A stretch of DNA of 63,937 nt, filler included, from Octopus bimaculoides (lineage: Eukaryota): assembly GCF_001194135.2 (NCBI RefSeq). It is 9 parts of 8 records of this genome, joined end to end, with 100 filler letters (N's around TTAATTAATTAA, not from the genome) between each part and the next. Parts side by side here need not be neighbours in the genome. Positions count along the whole stretch, not along the records: positions 51,751 to 55,892 come from NW_026381528.1; positions 55,993 to 62,527 come from NC_068985.1; positions 62,628 to 63,937 come from NW_026355940.1; 6 more parts are not named here. The stretch is one strand, 5' to 3'. Within the stretch, counting starts at the first letter, position 1, and the number at the start of each line of letters is the position of its first letter. Below are positions 52,630 to 63,937 of the stretch, one piece after another. Under the pieces are notes generated by a model. That model made no database searches. It saw nothing but the letters and a program-made list of their open reading frames with translations, and was not told where the DNA came from. The position numbers and the translations under genes were made by a program.

Positions 52630-53202
52630 NNNNNNNNNNNNNNNNNNNNNNNNNNNNNNNNNNNNNNNNNNNNNNNNNNNNNNNNNNNNNNNNNNNNNNN
52701 NNNNNNNNNNNNNNNNNNNNNNNNNNNNNNNNNNNNNNNNNNNNNNNNNNNNNNNNNNNNNNNNNNNNNNNNNNNNNNNNNNNNNNNNNNNNNNNNNNNN
52801 NNNNNNNNNNNNNNNNNNNNNNNNNNNNNNNNNNNNNNNNNNNNNNNNNNNNNNNNNNNNNNNNNNNNNNNNNNNNNNNNNNNNNNNNNNNNNNNNNNNN
52901 NNNNNNNNNNNNNNNNNNNNNNNNNNNNNNNNNNNNNNNNNNNNNNNNNNNNNNNNNNNNNNNNNNNNNNNNNNNNNNNNNNNNNNNNNNNNNNNNNNNN
53001 NNNNNNNNNNNNNNNNNNNNNNNNNNNNNNNNNNNNNNNNNNNNNNNNNNNNNNNNNNNNNNNNNNNNNNNNNNNNNNNNNNNNNNNNNNNNNNNNNNNN
53101 NNNNNNNNNNNNNNNNNNNNNNNNNNNNNNNNNNNNNNNNNNNNNNNNNNNNNNNNNNNNNNNNNNNNNNNNNNNNNNNNNNNNNNNNNNNNNNNNNNNN
53201 NN

Positions 53203-54617
53203 GGTGGTATGTTAGTAATAAGGTGTTAAATGGTCTAGTGACCTAAAAGTGGCTCATTATGGATTATAACAGTGATTGGGAATGTGTTTTAATGAATTCT
53301 TGGGAATCTTCAAGAGATTCCCAAGAATCCATTAAAAAACAGTCATTTTTAGTATTTGCTTGTGTGCTTGTGTTATTATAAGGCCGCGGTGGATATGTCG
53401 TTTGTTGTAGACGCGTTCAAAAGGGGTCTGTTATTTGTAATAAAGAGAATCTCTTTACTAATTCGTTGACTACAGGTTGTATCGTCCCTGAAATGGTAGA
53501 AGGGGAAAGTTCTGAAGCTTGGATTTTTGTTATTGGCGCAGATGTCTATGTGTTGGCTGAATGCTATTTTTCTGTTTTGGGGAATTTTGATCTGGGATCT
53601 GTGGAGAGCCATTCTTTTATGTAGACTGTTTTTTGTTAAGCCTATGTATTGCTCTTGACACTCAGAGCAGGTTAGTGCCTATATCAGGTTCTCCGAAGCA
53701 CATGTGAAGTTGCTTTTCACTGCGGAACGTTGTCCCTGTTTGAAGGAGAACTCTGATCTCTCAATTAAATTGACGCATATTCCACTGTTGGGTCTTCCGC
53801 ATTTTTTTACTGATGGCTTCTGTGTTGTTGTTGAGCGTATTCGGGCTTGTGTTAGGAGACTTTTCATAGATTTGGGTAGTCTCTTGCTTTTTATGATGGT
53901 GTGCGTTTGGAGGATTAAGTTCATATTGTGGTCCTTTTTAGTAGGGGAATGTTTTGTAGGATGGTGTCGAAGGATTCATTGTTGAGAGGGTTGTGTGTGA
54001 TGTATGGTAGGGCTTTTGGTTGTAAATCCTTCTTTAATTTGGGATGTCTGAATTCCTGGATGTTGAGTTGAATGGCACGTTGAAAGCATATGTCAAGTAG
54101 TGAAGGTGGGTAGTTCCTGGTGATGAGTCTATCTTTTTGTTCATGTAGTCGTTTGTCTCTGGTATTTGCATTAGAAAATAAAGTACATGTCCTTTTTGCA
54201 TATTCATTCTAGTGTGTCTGGGGTGGCATGAGTTGAACGGTATATATTGCTTGGAGTCCGTAGGCTTATAGTATATATCTGTTTCTATTATGTTGTTAGA
54301 TTTCTTAATGAGAATGTCGAGGAAGGGAAGTTGTTGCTGGCTATATTCCATCGTGAATTGAATGTTTACATCAAGTCCATTTATAAGTGCTTGGAATTCT
54401 TTAAGTTTCTCTATATTTTCATGCTAAAGAATGAAACAGTCATCCAGGTATCTCTTCCAATTATTTTCTATCTAGAGGGAGAATGGGCTGCCGCATTTTT
54501 CTAGAACCTTACGATAAAGACTAATTTCTTGATATCCCATGACTAGGTTAGCAAATGAGGGGGCCATTCTCGTACCCATCGCAGTCCCCGATTTTTGTCG
54601 GTAGAAGTTGTCTTTGA
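53203..54617 (-). mobile_element. Penelope-like retroelement (canonical RT then GIY-YIG order, Cys-linker/Neptune-like), inactivated
   Basis: GTAMGTRMAPSFANL; WKRYLDDCFIL; LPFLDILI..TDIYYKPTD..Y..FNSCHP; CGRPNSGIC linker; NLI*ALTCSECQEQYIGLTKNSLHKRMALH; stops and frameshifts; 5' end lost in a gap. Confidence 0.92.
53287..53337. other. 22-bp near-perfect hairpin downstream of the PLE ORF
   Basis: ttttaatg-a-attcttgggaatct / tcaag / agattcccaagaat-c-cattaaaa. Confidence 0.85.
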
Positions 54618-55440
54618 NNNNNNNNNNNNNNNNNNNNNNNNNNNNNNNNNNNNNNNNNNNNNNNNNNNNNNNNNNNNNNNNNNNNNNNNNNNNNNNNNNN
54701 NNNNNNNNNNNNNNNNNNNNNNNNNNNNNNNNNNNNNNNNNNNNNNNNNNNNNNNNNNNNNNNNNNNNNNNNNNNNNNNNNNNNNNNNNNNNNNNNNNNN
54801 NNNNNNNNNNNNNNNNNNNNNNNNNNNNNNNNNNNNNNNNNNNNNNNNNNNNNNNNNNNNNNNNNNNNNNNNNNNNNNNNNNNNNNNNNNNNNNNNNNNN
54901 NNNNNNNNNNNNNNNNNNNNNNNNNNNNNNNNNNNNNNNNNNNNNNNNNNNNNNNNNNNNNNNNNNNNNNNNNNNNNNNNNNNNNNNNNNNNNNNNNNNN
55001 NNNNNNNNNNNNNNNNNNNNNNNNNNNNNNNNNNNNNNNNNNNNNNNNNNNNNNNNNNNNNNNNNNNNNNNNNNNNNNNNNNNNNNNNNNNNNNNNNNNN
55101 NNNNNNNNNNNNNNNNNNNNNNNNNNNNNNNNNNNNNNNNNNNNNNNNNNNNNNNNNNNNNNNNNNNNNNNNNNNNNNNNNNNNNNNNNNNNNNNNNNNN
55201 NNNNNNNNNNNNNNNNNNNNNNNNNNNNNNNNNNNNNNNNNNNNNNNNNNNNNNNNNNNNNNNNNNNNNNNNNNNNNNNNNNNNNNNNNNNNNNNNNNNN
55301 NNNNNNNNNNNNNNNNNNNNNNNNNNNNNNNNNNNNNNNNNNNNNNNNNNNNNNNNNNNNNNNNNNNNNNNNNNNNNNNNNNNNNNNNNNNNNNNNNNNN
55401 NNNNNNNNNNNNNNNNNNNNNNNNNNNNNNNNNNNNNNNN

Positions 55441-55480
<40 letters not shown>

Positions 55481-55683
55481 CATGTGGGTGCATATATAGT
55501 ATGTAGCTTTGTATATATATATATATATACACGCACACACAGAAAAAGAGAGAGAGAGTTTACAATTTAAAGGAAAAATTCAAGGGAATAATTAATTACA
55601 AGGTAGCTAAATGTTTCTTAAGTGTCCCAGGATGTAAATCCAGGACAGTAAGGATGTTGTTAAACCATTTATATCTTGAAATC

Positions 55684-55767
55684 TTCTACATATGTTTCGA
55701 CGGATTCACTCCAAATGTCCGGCAGCATAAATTTTGGTCAGCAATGTATCAATCTCATCAGGAAGGA
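55684..55767 (-). ncRNA. Type I hammerhead-like motif with long loop II
   Basis: CUUC-CUGAUGA-GA(U)..~50 nt..(G)UC-GAAA-C-AUAU-GUA-GAAG; all core bases canonical; 4-bp stem I; palindrome ACAUAUGU. Confidence 0.65.
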
Positions 55768-56210
55768 TATAAATAGCAAACTCATCAAACAGACATGTTA
55801 ACAGAAATAGAAACTCCTATAAAATGTAACGTATTTATATTCATATGCTCACATGCGTACACACACTCAAATATGTGACGTGTAAATATACANNNNNNNN
55901 NNNNNNNNNNNNNNNNNNNNNNNNNNNNNNNNNNNNTTAATTAATTAANNNNNNNNNNNNNNNNNNNNNNNNNNNNNNNNNNNNNNNNNNNNCAACACTG
56001 TCTGTTTTTTATGTTTTATTTATATTCCTGCAGAACTAATGTGGGGTATAGAATATGGAATATACAATATATAATATAATATACAATATACAATATAAAA
56101 TAAAATAAAATAAAAATGGATGGCACCATGAAAGAAAGTATTGAATGTAGATGAAATATTGAGTGTTCAATATAAAGGATCAAATATATAAATATATATA
56201 AATATATAAA

Positions 56211-56250
56211 GGCGACTCGAGTTTCAGGGCTATTTCCCTTCGTCATGGCC
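56211..56250 (-). ncRNA. Minimal hammerhead-like motif
   Basis: GGC-C(A)UGACGA-A-GGG(AAAUAG)CCC-U-GAAA-C-UCGA-GUC-GCC; palindrome ACUCGAGU; one inserted A in the core. Confidence 0.55.
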
Positions 56251-56794
56251 GGTATGACAGACTTTAACAGACTGTCTGTTTTATATATATATATATATAT
56301 TTAATTGGCAGAAGTTATAGAGTGACTAAAGAGCTGAGAGTTGAATGCATTGGCATTTATCAAACTGGTTTCATATGAGAGAGATGACATGAAATTATAA
56401 ATATATTTCTCACTTGATGGTTCTAGAAAAAATCGAATTACAAAGCCATGTGGATAATGCCTATTTTTTTTCAAATAGTTTATCTGTTAAACAGTTCAAT
56501 AAATGAATAAATAAATAATAATTATAATATATATTTGCTTTCAGCTAATTCTTGTTCAAAACAATTTGTATCATTCATGAAAAAAAGAGACATCTGAAAT
56601 GAAAGAATGGTGGTTCAAGATTGGGAGGAAGAAATTGAGGTCAATAAACAAATTAATTTATAAATTAGTTTTTAGTCATGTACTTAGTTCAACTGTGACA
56701 ACATGGCAGTAATATCACCACAATATAACCATTAATATTTGTGAAATATTATCTTCAATATCATTCAAACATACATACATAAATGCTTGCTTAA

Positions 56795-57948
56795 ACTTTA
56801 GCCTTTAGATTCTGTCAAATGTATCGTTTATTTATTCACATTGCTTTGAATTAATCATTCAGTATCTCATAGCTTTGAGATTTCGATTATGGGATTATTT
56901 ACTGTCGACACGACATTGTCAGATAGGAGTAAAAGAGGATATTTTGGGTTTGACGGGCAACATTTTTCATTAATGTTTTATGTAGTGTTTTTGGTACCGA
57001 AACACTTTCAAACTTCGTATACTTGTATATTTTGTATTATAGAACAGATAAAAAATGTTGTATTCGAAGTTAATTCATGTAAAAAGTTGTCGTATTTCGG
57101 TAATTTCAACCAATCACTGACGTCTATTGAGATGAAAACAATTATTGCCGTGGAATGTAAACAACGGTGTCATGGGATCTTTTCCCTTGAATAAAATTAG
57201 TGCCGTTGTTTGTCAACAACTACCCGTGTTACTCTTATTTATGACATCGTTCGTGCGTTTGTACTGGTTTTAGCTTTAGGGNNNNNNNNNNNNNNNNNNN
57301 NNNNNNNNNNNNNNNNNNNNNNNNNNNNNNNNNNNNNNNNNNNNNNNNNNNNNNNNNNNNNNNNNNNNNNNNNNNNNNNNNNNNNNNNNNNNNNNNNNNN
57401 NNNNNNNNNNNNNNNNNNNNNNNNNNNNNNNNNNNNNNNNNNNNNNNNNNNNNNNNNNNNNNNNNNNNNNNNNNNNNNAGGGTTAGTTTTAGGATTACGG
57501 TTAGGGTTATGATTATTTTTGCCATAACCCTAACCCTAACCCCAACTCTAACCCTAAAACCCGAACCCTAACCCTAAAACCCTAAACCTTTACTAGGGAA
57601 TAATGATATAATTAAACAGGGAATAACACTCTTAACACCAGTAAAAATAATTGTTTATAAAAAGAGCAGTAACTGTATTCAGCTGAATAGACGTCAGTGA
57701 TTGGTTGAAATTACAGAAATATGACAACTTTAACATGAAATAACTTATTAAGAACTAATTTTTGTTAAGAAGGCTAAGAGAAAAAGATGTTTTATATGAC
57801 ACATATCCCAAGTTTGAAAGTGTTTCGTTAAGAAAACAAGTGTTGCCCGTCAAACCAAAAAGATCCGTAAAAGACGAGATATAGCCAGATTGAGCATTAA
57901 ACAAATAGAATATTTTGGCCGAATATGGCTGGTTTAAATGCTAAAGGG
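56795..57948. mobile_element. piggyBac-like MITE (TTAA TSD) carrying a nested insertion
   Basis: TTAA at 56791-56794 and 57949-57952; right end aatgctaaaggg; internal sequence matches the reversed copy at 60960-61313. Confidence 0.75.
56936..57866. mobile_element. Foldback element with ~190-bp inverted arms and telomere-like core
   Basis: tttgacgggcaaca / tgttgcccgtcaaa; aaacactttcaaactt / aagtttgaaagtgttt; caaccaatcactgacgtctatt / aatagacgtcagtgattggttg; core has TTAGGG-like then CCCTAA-like runs. Confidence 0.8.
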
Positions 57949-58128
57949 TTAAACACTTGCTGCAAGAGTTACCCATATTTGCCACATCAGTACAAAAGTA
58001 TGTAGGCCCCTGACAAGGCAGAAAACACATCTATGCTGCTTTAAGAGGACAATCAAGCATTGACATTGCTTGAAATCGAGTTGCAGCCATCATGCATGCA
58101 GGTATGTATCTATCTATCTATCTATCTA

Positions 58129-58163
58129 TCGACGTGTTGTCGCATCGGCTCCGCAGGTAATCG
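58129..58163 (+). promoter_or_regulatory. Candidate CpG-rich first-exon end with splice donor
   Basis: tcgacgtgttgtcgcatcggctccgcag|GTAATC at the edge of a CpG-depleted domain; second donor CAG|GTATGT at 58102. Confidence 0.25.
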
Positions 58164-58559
58164 CTTTTTTTACCTTTTATTACACATATTTCGTTTTAAT
58201 TTTTGCACACAAGGTGTGTGAAGCACCCAACTTTTGTTTGAGTGTGTTTTCGAGGGAGGAATTGGCCCCTTGGGGCTGTTTCAACCCAATTTAAATTTCT
58301 AATTTTCTTCTCGGCTTTGAAAAATGTTGAGAAATTTCATAGTGGAAAGCTGGTCAAATTCGTTCATGGACCAGCATTTTCCTACCCTTGAAACACTAGG
58401 AGAAAAAAAGAATAATTCCTGCACGCACACACACTCAAATACAATTACAGACATGAAAAATACAAATAAATCAAAGACAAATCTGAGAGACGCAGTGAAC
58501 TCTGTCAACGTCATTGATACTGCAACCACGATCGTTAACTGCCCTATCACCACCACCAC

Positions 58560-59470
58560 CTGTCAGGGATGGCCCCGCTCGTCGCTTCTATACTTATTCA
58601 CTCTCAAGCCACCACTGCAGAAGCTGGTGATGCTGAGGGGCATCCTACGAGAATTGGGATGTGGGATGAGCGTGTCTGCATACGTGGACAACGTCACCAT
58701 CATAGTGTCTACCCATGACCATATCGAGCTGGTTGGTGAGACACTAAAAGATTTCAAAGCGGTAACAGGAGCAAAAATCACCCTGGAAAAATCAGTGGGC
58801 TTGCGGCTCAGCACCTGGAGAAGCAAGCCCATGCGGTCCAGCAGCGCCTCTATTGCAGGACGCTGGACCAACAGTCTGGTCAAGTTGCTTGGGGTCTGGT
58901 TTGGTCTGGATCTCCAAATGGAGAAGAACAGGGACGAGATAACAAGTAGGGTGGCTAGTCTCTCCTGGCAATGGGCCAAGAGGAAGCCGTCCCTAAAATG
59001 TTGGGAGGAGGTAGTGAACGCATACATCACATCCGTCATTTATTACCGCCTGACTGTCATGTCTTGTCCCAAACCTACCATCACCAAACTGGAATGCATC
59101 CTCTTCCGCTTCTTGTGGAAAGGAAGTGTTCCGATGGTCAGGCGATCTGTTTGCTGCCAACACCTGCTAAAAGGAGGACTGGGCATGCCGTGGTTAATGA
59201 TGGGCAGACATGCGCTGAGACTTCAACATCTCCAGCTCTATGTAGACAATAGTGGACAGGTGTGGTCTCTGTTGTGAGGTACGATTTCTTGCAGCTCGTC
59301 TCCATGACTGAACTGCAGTCGTGGATCAAGAAGAAACCAAGGAAGGGCGAATGGCACCTCCAGTGTCACATTGCTCTCGAGCAACTATGGCGTCCCAGAT
59401 TGACCTTGAGTGACTGCATCACAATCGAAGCATTCTATAGGGGATTAGTGGAGGGGAAGTATGATGACCA
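58560..59470 (+). mobile_element. L1/Tx1-type LINE RT fragment, decayed
   Basis: QGWPRSSLLY (cf. QGCPLSP.LY), AYVDNVTI (YADD degenerate), GAKITLEKS, VKLLGVWFG, FRFLWKG, GGLGMP. Confidence 0.88.
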
Positions 59471-59496
59471 TTAGAATGGTTCCATTCTAAACAAAA

Positions 59497-59532
59497 TTGT
59501 CTGATGAACAGGAACGTCAAACTGAGTAACAG
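59497..59532 (+). ncRNA. Decayed hammerhead-like motif
   Basis: UUGU-CUGAUGA-A..CAAA-C-UGA-GUA-ACAG; stem I intact, G12 missing, stem II poor. Confidence 0.3.
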
Positions 59533-59564
59533 CTTTTGTGATATTTTTGTTGCTTTTTAGTAAA

Positions 59565-59610
<46 letters not shown>

Positions 59611-60190
59611 GATTGTAACTGCGCACCCCACCAAGCCTGCAACCACAGGTCCTCAGCCTTGACCTTCCACCAATACCCTTGGGCTTGGCAAAAAGTTTGA
59701 CCAGAGCACACACCAATGCACCATGTACACACATGCACACCCCCACAAGGTGGACATCCCACAAAATAGACTGTCCCCCCCCCAACATATGCCCTTTCCC
59801 ACACATAGTACCCCCACACATATATAGACCTTTCATACACACATTACACAGTGCATGCTAACATAGACACCGACACAACCTTAACCAATACAGAAAGAAA
59901 ACAGACCAACAAATATAACCATATATACCTACACCCCTGGAAAGAAATTATGCATATGACACCACTACACACACCACACAGGAGCACCACACTTAATAAC
60001 GTGCACTTTCCCCACAAACATTTCAAGATAACCCTTACCGGCCTTACAGCATACCCAACCAAAGAACATAACTCCTAACCTAATCCACTGGCCCTTTTCC
60101 GTTTCACCACCTTTTCCACAACAGCCACAAATTGCATGTGTTAATCCACCTCTGACAATAAAGAGCAGTCACCATATTCCTTTCCATAGT

Positions 60191-60268
60191 GGCTAACTCT
60201 GATGAGTGCAAGGTTATATAAGCGGATTGTTACCTAACACACCATGAAACCGATTGGTAAGATCAGCC
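60191..60268 (+). ncRNA. Type I hammerhead-like motif with long loop II
   Basis: GGCU-AA-CU-CUGAUGA-GUG..34 nt..CAU-GAAA-CCGAUUGG-UA-AG-AUC-AGCC; canonical core, GUA triplet, near-palindromic helix III. Confidence 0.65.
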
Positions 60269-60309
60269 ATGATGGATATATGATACTGTGCATTTTAAAT
60301 AATATATAT

Positions 60310-60692
60310 ATATTCTTTTATTTGTTTCAGTCATTTGACTGCAGCATGCTGGAGCACTGATTTTAGTCGAACAAATCGACTCCAGGACTTATTCTTTGTA
60401 AGCCTAGTACTTATTCTATTGGTATCTTTTGCCAAATCGCTAAGTTATGGGTATGTAAACACATCAACATCAGTGGTTAAGTGATGGTGAGGGGAATAAA
60501 CACAGACACACAAATACACATGCACACGACAGGCTTCTTTCAGTTTCCATCTACCAAATCTACTCACAAAGCTTTGGTCAGCCTGAGGCTATAGTAGAAG
60601 ACATTTCGCCAAGGTACTATGCAGTAGGACTGAACTGTGAACCATGTGGTTGGGAAGCAAGCTTCTTACCACACAGCCACTCCTGCGCCTAT
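60310..60692 (-). mobile_element. SINE family A, full length, CpG-decayed
   Basis: Colinear with 30390; gcctcgggccgacc has become gcctcaggctgacc. Confidence 0.88.
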
Positions 60693-60959
60693 TATATAAT
60701 TGAAGAAATACCATAACTATATGTGTGTGTGTGTGTGTAGAATTTTTGTATGTATACATGAAGTATATTTATATTATATTGAATATAATATCTCATCATC
60801 AATATTGATATTAATATTTCAGTGATATTTGTGCCAAGTTGTCACAGTTGAACTGATTTATTAATAAACTAATTTGCTTATTGACCTCAGTTTCCTCCTT
60901 CCAATCTTGAACCATTCTCTCACTCCAGATATCACTTCTTTCTTGAATAATTATTTTAA

Positions 60960-61313
60960 CTCTTTAGCATTTAAACCAGTCATATCCGGCTCAAATATTC
61001 TAACTCTTTTATGTTCAATCCAGCCTGGTCTGTCCTCTCATACCTATGCTACAATGTCATTGAGAAAATAAACAATCACACCATTGAAATCTTGAAGCTA
61101 TAAAATTATGCTTGCTTGCTTCATGCTCTTGCTTGATGAGGCTAGGGTCATCCCAGGCTAGTGGCCCCAGATACATCATCATGTGTAGAGCTGACCAATC
61201 CACCAGTGTTCTCCATCACTGGTGGTCCTATCCCAGCCCCTCTGCATTATTAATTCAAAGCAATGTGAATAAATAAGCGATACATTTGACAGAGTGATCT
61301 GAATGCTAAAGGA
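60960..61313. mobile_element. piggyBac-like MITE (reverse orientation) with a ~130-bp GC-rich insert
   Basis: TTAA at 60956-60959 and 61314-61317; imperfect ends ctctttagcatt / aatgctaaagga. Confidence 0.75.
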
Positions 61314-62003
61314 TTAACCAGAAATTAGCTGACAGCAAAAATATAATTATTATAAATGTATAGATTTACTACTATTCTTTTATGTTCATTGTTGGAAATT
61401 GATCAAAACTGTAGAACCAACTAACAGCAGAGAATTCATTTCTTCCTCCTTCAGCAGCATTCACCATCCACCATTTATATAGTCTTGTTTGTTTGCAATC
61501 CTCCATGAAAATATGTCTGAGCTGTTTGTTGTTTACAGACAAGGGGAAATATATTACCTTGTTTGGAAATAGATGAGGGTTGGTAACAGCGAGAGCATCC
61601 AGTAGATTTAGTGGGAGAAAATTTTACCTCAGTGAAATCTCATCTGATTCATGCAGGTATGGAAAGATAGAAGTTAGAATGATGACCATCATCGCCGTCT
61701 TTTAATGGCCCTTTTGCATGCTGGCTTAACTATGCACATGCGTAACTGTGTACATTTTACTGTGTTTTTGCTTTGACTTCACATGATAGTTGTAAATGAG
61801 TATCACTGTCATGCAAGCAGTGTTCTTTACTTCCATTCTTCCATAAAAACATACCTAGCCATGGGGAATATATTACCTTACTTGGAAACAGGTGAAGGTT
61901 GGCAACAGAAAGGGCATACAACCATAGAAAAATCCACCCCAACAAACTCCATCTAAACCTTGTGAGCATGGAAAAGTGTACATTAAAATGATGATGATGA
62001 TGA

Positions 62004-62044
<41 letters not shown>

Positions 62045-62476
62045 TATGCAAATGACCTCAGGACACTGAACCTTTCAGGTGAGATGACAGAATATTGAGA
62101 TGCCTGTCGTCTTGCTGTACTCAAGAAGACCTATACTCTGCAACAGAAGTGTTAAGACCAGTCCCCCTGGTGGTGAGGATTGACCAGTTACACATAAAAA
62201 GCACTTATGGTGGTGCCATGTAAAAGCGTCCATGTGGTACCAAGAAAAAGTACCTGTGTGGCATTATGTAAAAGCACCCATGCAATGCCTTGTAAAAGCA
62301 CCCAGCACACTCTGTAAACTGGTTGGCATTAGGAAAGGCATTTAGCCATGGAAACTATGCCAAATCAAACTGAAGTCTGGTACAGCTTGCCAGCCCTGGT
62401 CAAACCATCCAACTCATGCCAGCATGAACAATGGATATTAAATGATGCTGATGGTGATGATGATACATACATACAT

Positions 62477-62527
<51 letters not shown>

Positions 62528-62770
62528 NNNNNNNNNNNNNNNNNNNNNNNNNNNNNNNNNNNNNNNNNNNNTTAATTAATTAANNNNNNNNNNNNNNNNN
62601 NNNNNNNNNNNNNNNNNNNNNNNNNNNAACTGGAAGCTTATTTTAATAAAGATTTCTAACCGGTTTTCATTGCGAAAACAAATTATCAAGAAGAAGGAGA
62701 ATGAAAATGTTTTTTACAAAATGAAGAAAATAATATATATATATATATATATAATGTATACATTTGTATG

Positions 62771-62801
<31 letters not shown>

Positions 62802-63663
62802 GAGTCTTCAGAAACAGTGAGAAAGAGAAATATTGATAGATGTAGATAGTGAAATAGATAGGTAAACATCATCATTGTCGTGATATTTATGTCCAGATTT
62901 TGCATGTAGATAAGAGTTGGGTGAAACTACTTGAGGCAGTATTCAATGGCCCGGTGCCATTCTTCATGCCAAATATTACTTGTTTCTTCAAGTAAAGTAC
63001 TTTATTCCATATCCCTGCATGTTGGAACCACTGTCAGCTATTTTATTTATGGGAGACATAAATAATGCCCACTGCCAAAGTGTTGTCAAGCAAAAGCATG
63101 GATATATGGACATAGAAGCATGTGTGCACGCACACACACGCACACACACACACACACACACACAGAGTTACACACATATGTGTTTATGTATGCATGCAGG
63201 TATATGTATGTATGTATGCATGTGTGTGTGCATGCATGTATGTATGCACGTATGTATGTGTGCGTATGAATGCATGTATGTATGTGTGTGCGCGTACATA
63301 TGTGTGTATGCATGTATGTATGTACGTATGTATGTATGCAAGTATGCATGTACGTATGTATGTATGTGTATGTATTTGTGTGTGTATGCTTGTTTAAACC
63401 ATGAAAATGTACAAACTTTAAGATGTAAAATAAATCATTCTTAGGATGAGTCTTGGAGTAGGGACAGCTTATAAAGGATAGTACGTAATATATTTGGTTA
63501 GAAATCTCTTGGATGGGAAAAACAGGTCAAAGGCTAAGTATGGAACTTGAACCCACAAGTTGCTCTCAATCATTTACCAACCAAGGGGGCTTTTAGCCTA
63601 ATATATAACATGCTATTGTTCATACCTGTATCCACATCAACATTCTCTCTATATATACTCTCT

Positions 63664-63937
63664 CTTTTACTCTTTTACTTGTTTCAGTCATTTGACTGCG
63701 GCCATGCTGGAGCACCGCCTTTAGTTGAGCAAATCGACCCCAGGACTTATTCTTTGTAAGCCTAGTACTTATTCTATCGGTCTCTTTTTGCCGAACCGCT
63801 AAGTTACAGGGACGTAAACACACCAGCATCGGTTGTCAAGCGATGGGTGAGGGGACAAACACAGACACACAAACACACACACACATGTACATACATATAT
63901 ATATATACATATATACGACGGGCTTCTTTCAGTTTCC
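63664..63937 (-). mobile_element. SINE family A, CpG-rich copy running off the window end
   Basis: High identity to the family tail with CpGs intact. Confidence 0.92.

Noticed and set aside
53308-53317. TTCAAGAGA matches the common synthetic shRNA loop (vector contamination?)
   Set aside because: The motif overlaps the natural stem arms, there is no U6/H1 promoter, and the flanks are continuous with the PLE; coincidence
53679-53681. In-frame stop in the PLE as possible selenocysteine recoding (Naiad-like)
   Set aside because: The codon is TAG replacing the Tyr of the GIY-like motif, not TGA at Cys; the endonuclease is C-terminal, unlike Naiads
57479-57590. Ancestral chromosome end-to-end fusion site
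   Set aside because: Arrays are short, degenerate and enclosed by a foldback element inside a MITE; a transposon origin is simpler

Overview
AT-rich, microsatellite-saturated eukaryotic scaffold with many N gaps. The SINE families and repeat density suggest an octopus-like cephalopod (inference, not verified). No complete or recognisable host gene, rRNA, true tRNA gene or CRISPR array is present. The supplied ORF track (bacterial start codons, read-through of Ns and microsatellites) is almost all noise. The only convincing protein homologies are decayed transposon fragments: a mariner transposase N-terminus, a Penelope-like element (PLE; RT plus C-terminal GIY-YIG), an L1/Tx1-type RT, a CR1/L2-group fragment and two R4/Dong-like RLE fragments. 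Most non-gap DNA is tRNA-derived SINEs of several families, RTE-tailed repeats, MITEs (piggyBac-, Tc1/mariner- and hAT-like) and simple repeats. The most striking unexplained signal is about eight hammerhead-ribozyme (HHR)-like motifs in at least two architectures, one sitting downstream of a tRNA-derived SINE-like head. A sharp mosaic of CpG-depleted (about 41-51.6 kb, about 58.6-63.6 kb) versus CpG-retaining DNA, plus strong orphan splice sites, points to cryptic host genes with tiny exons. All RNA folds and CpG contrasts were read by eye, not computed.
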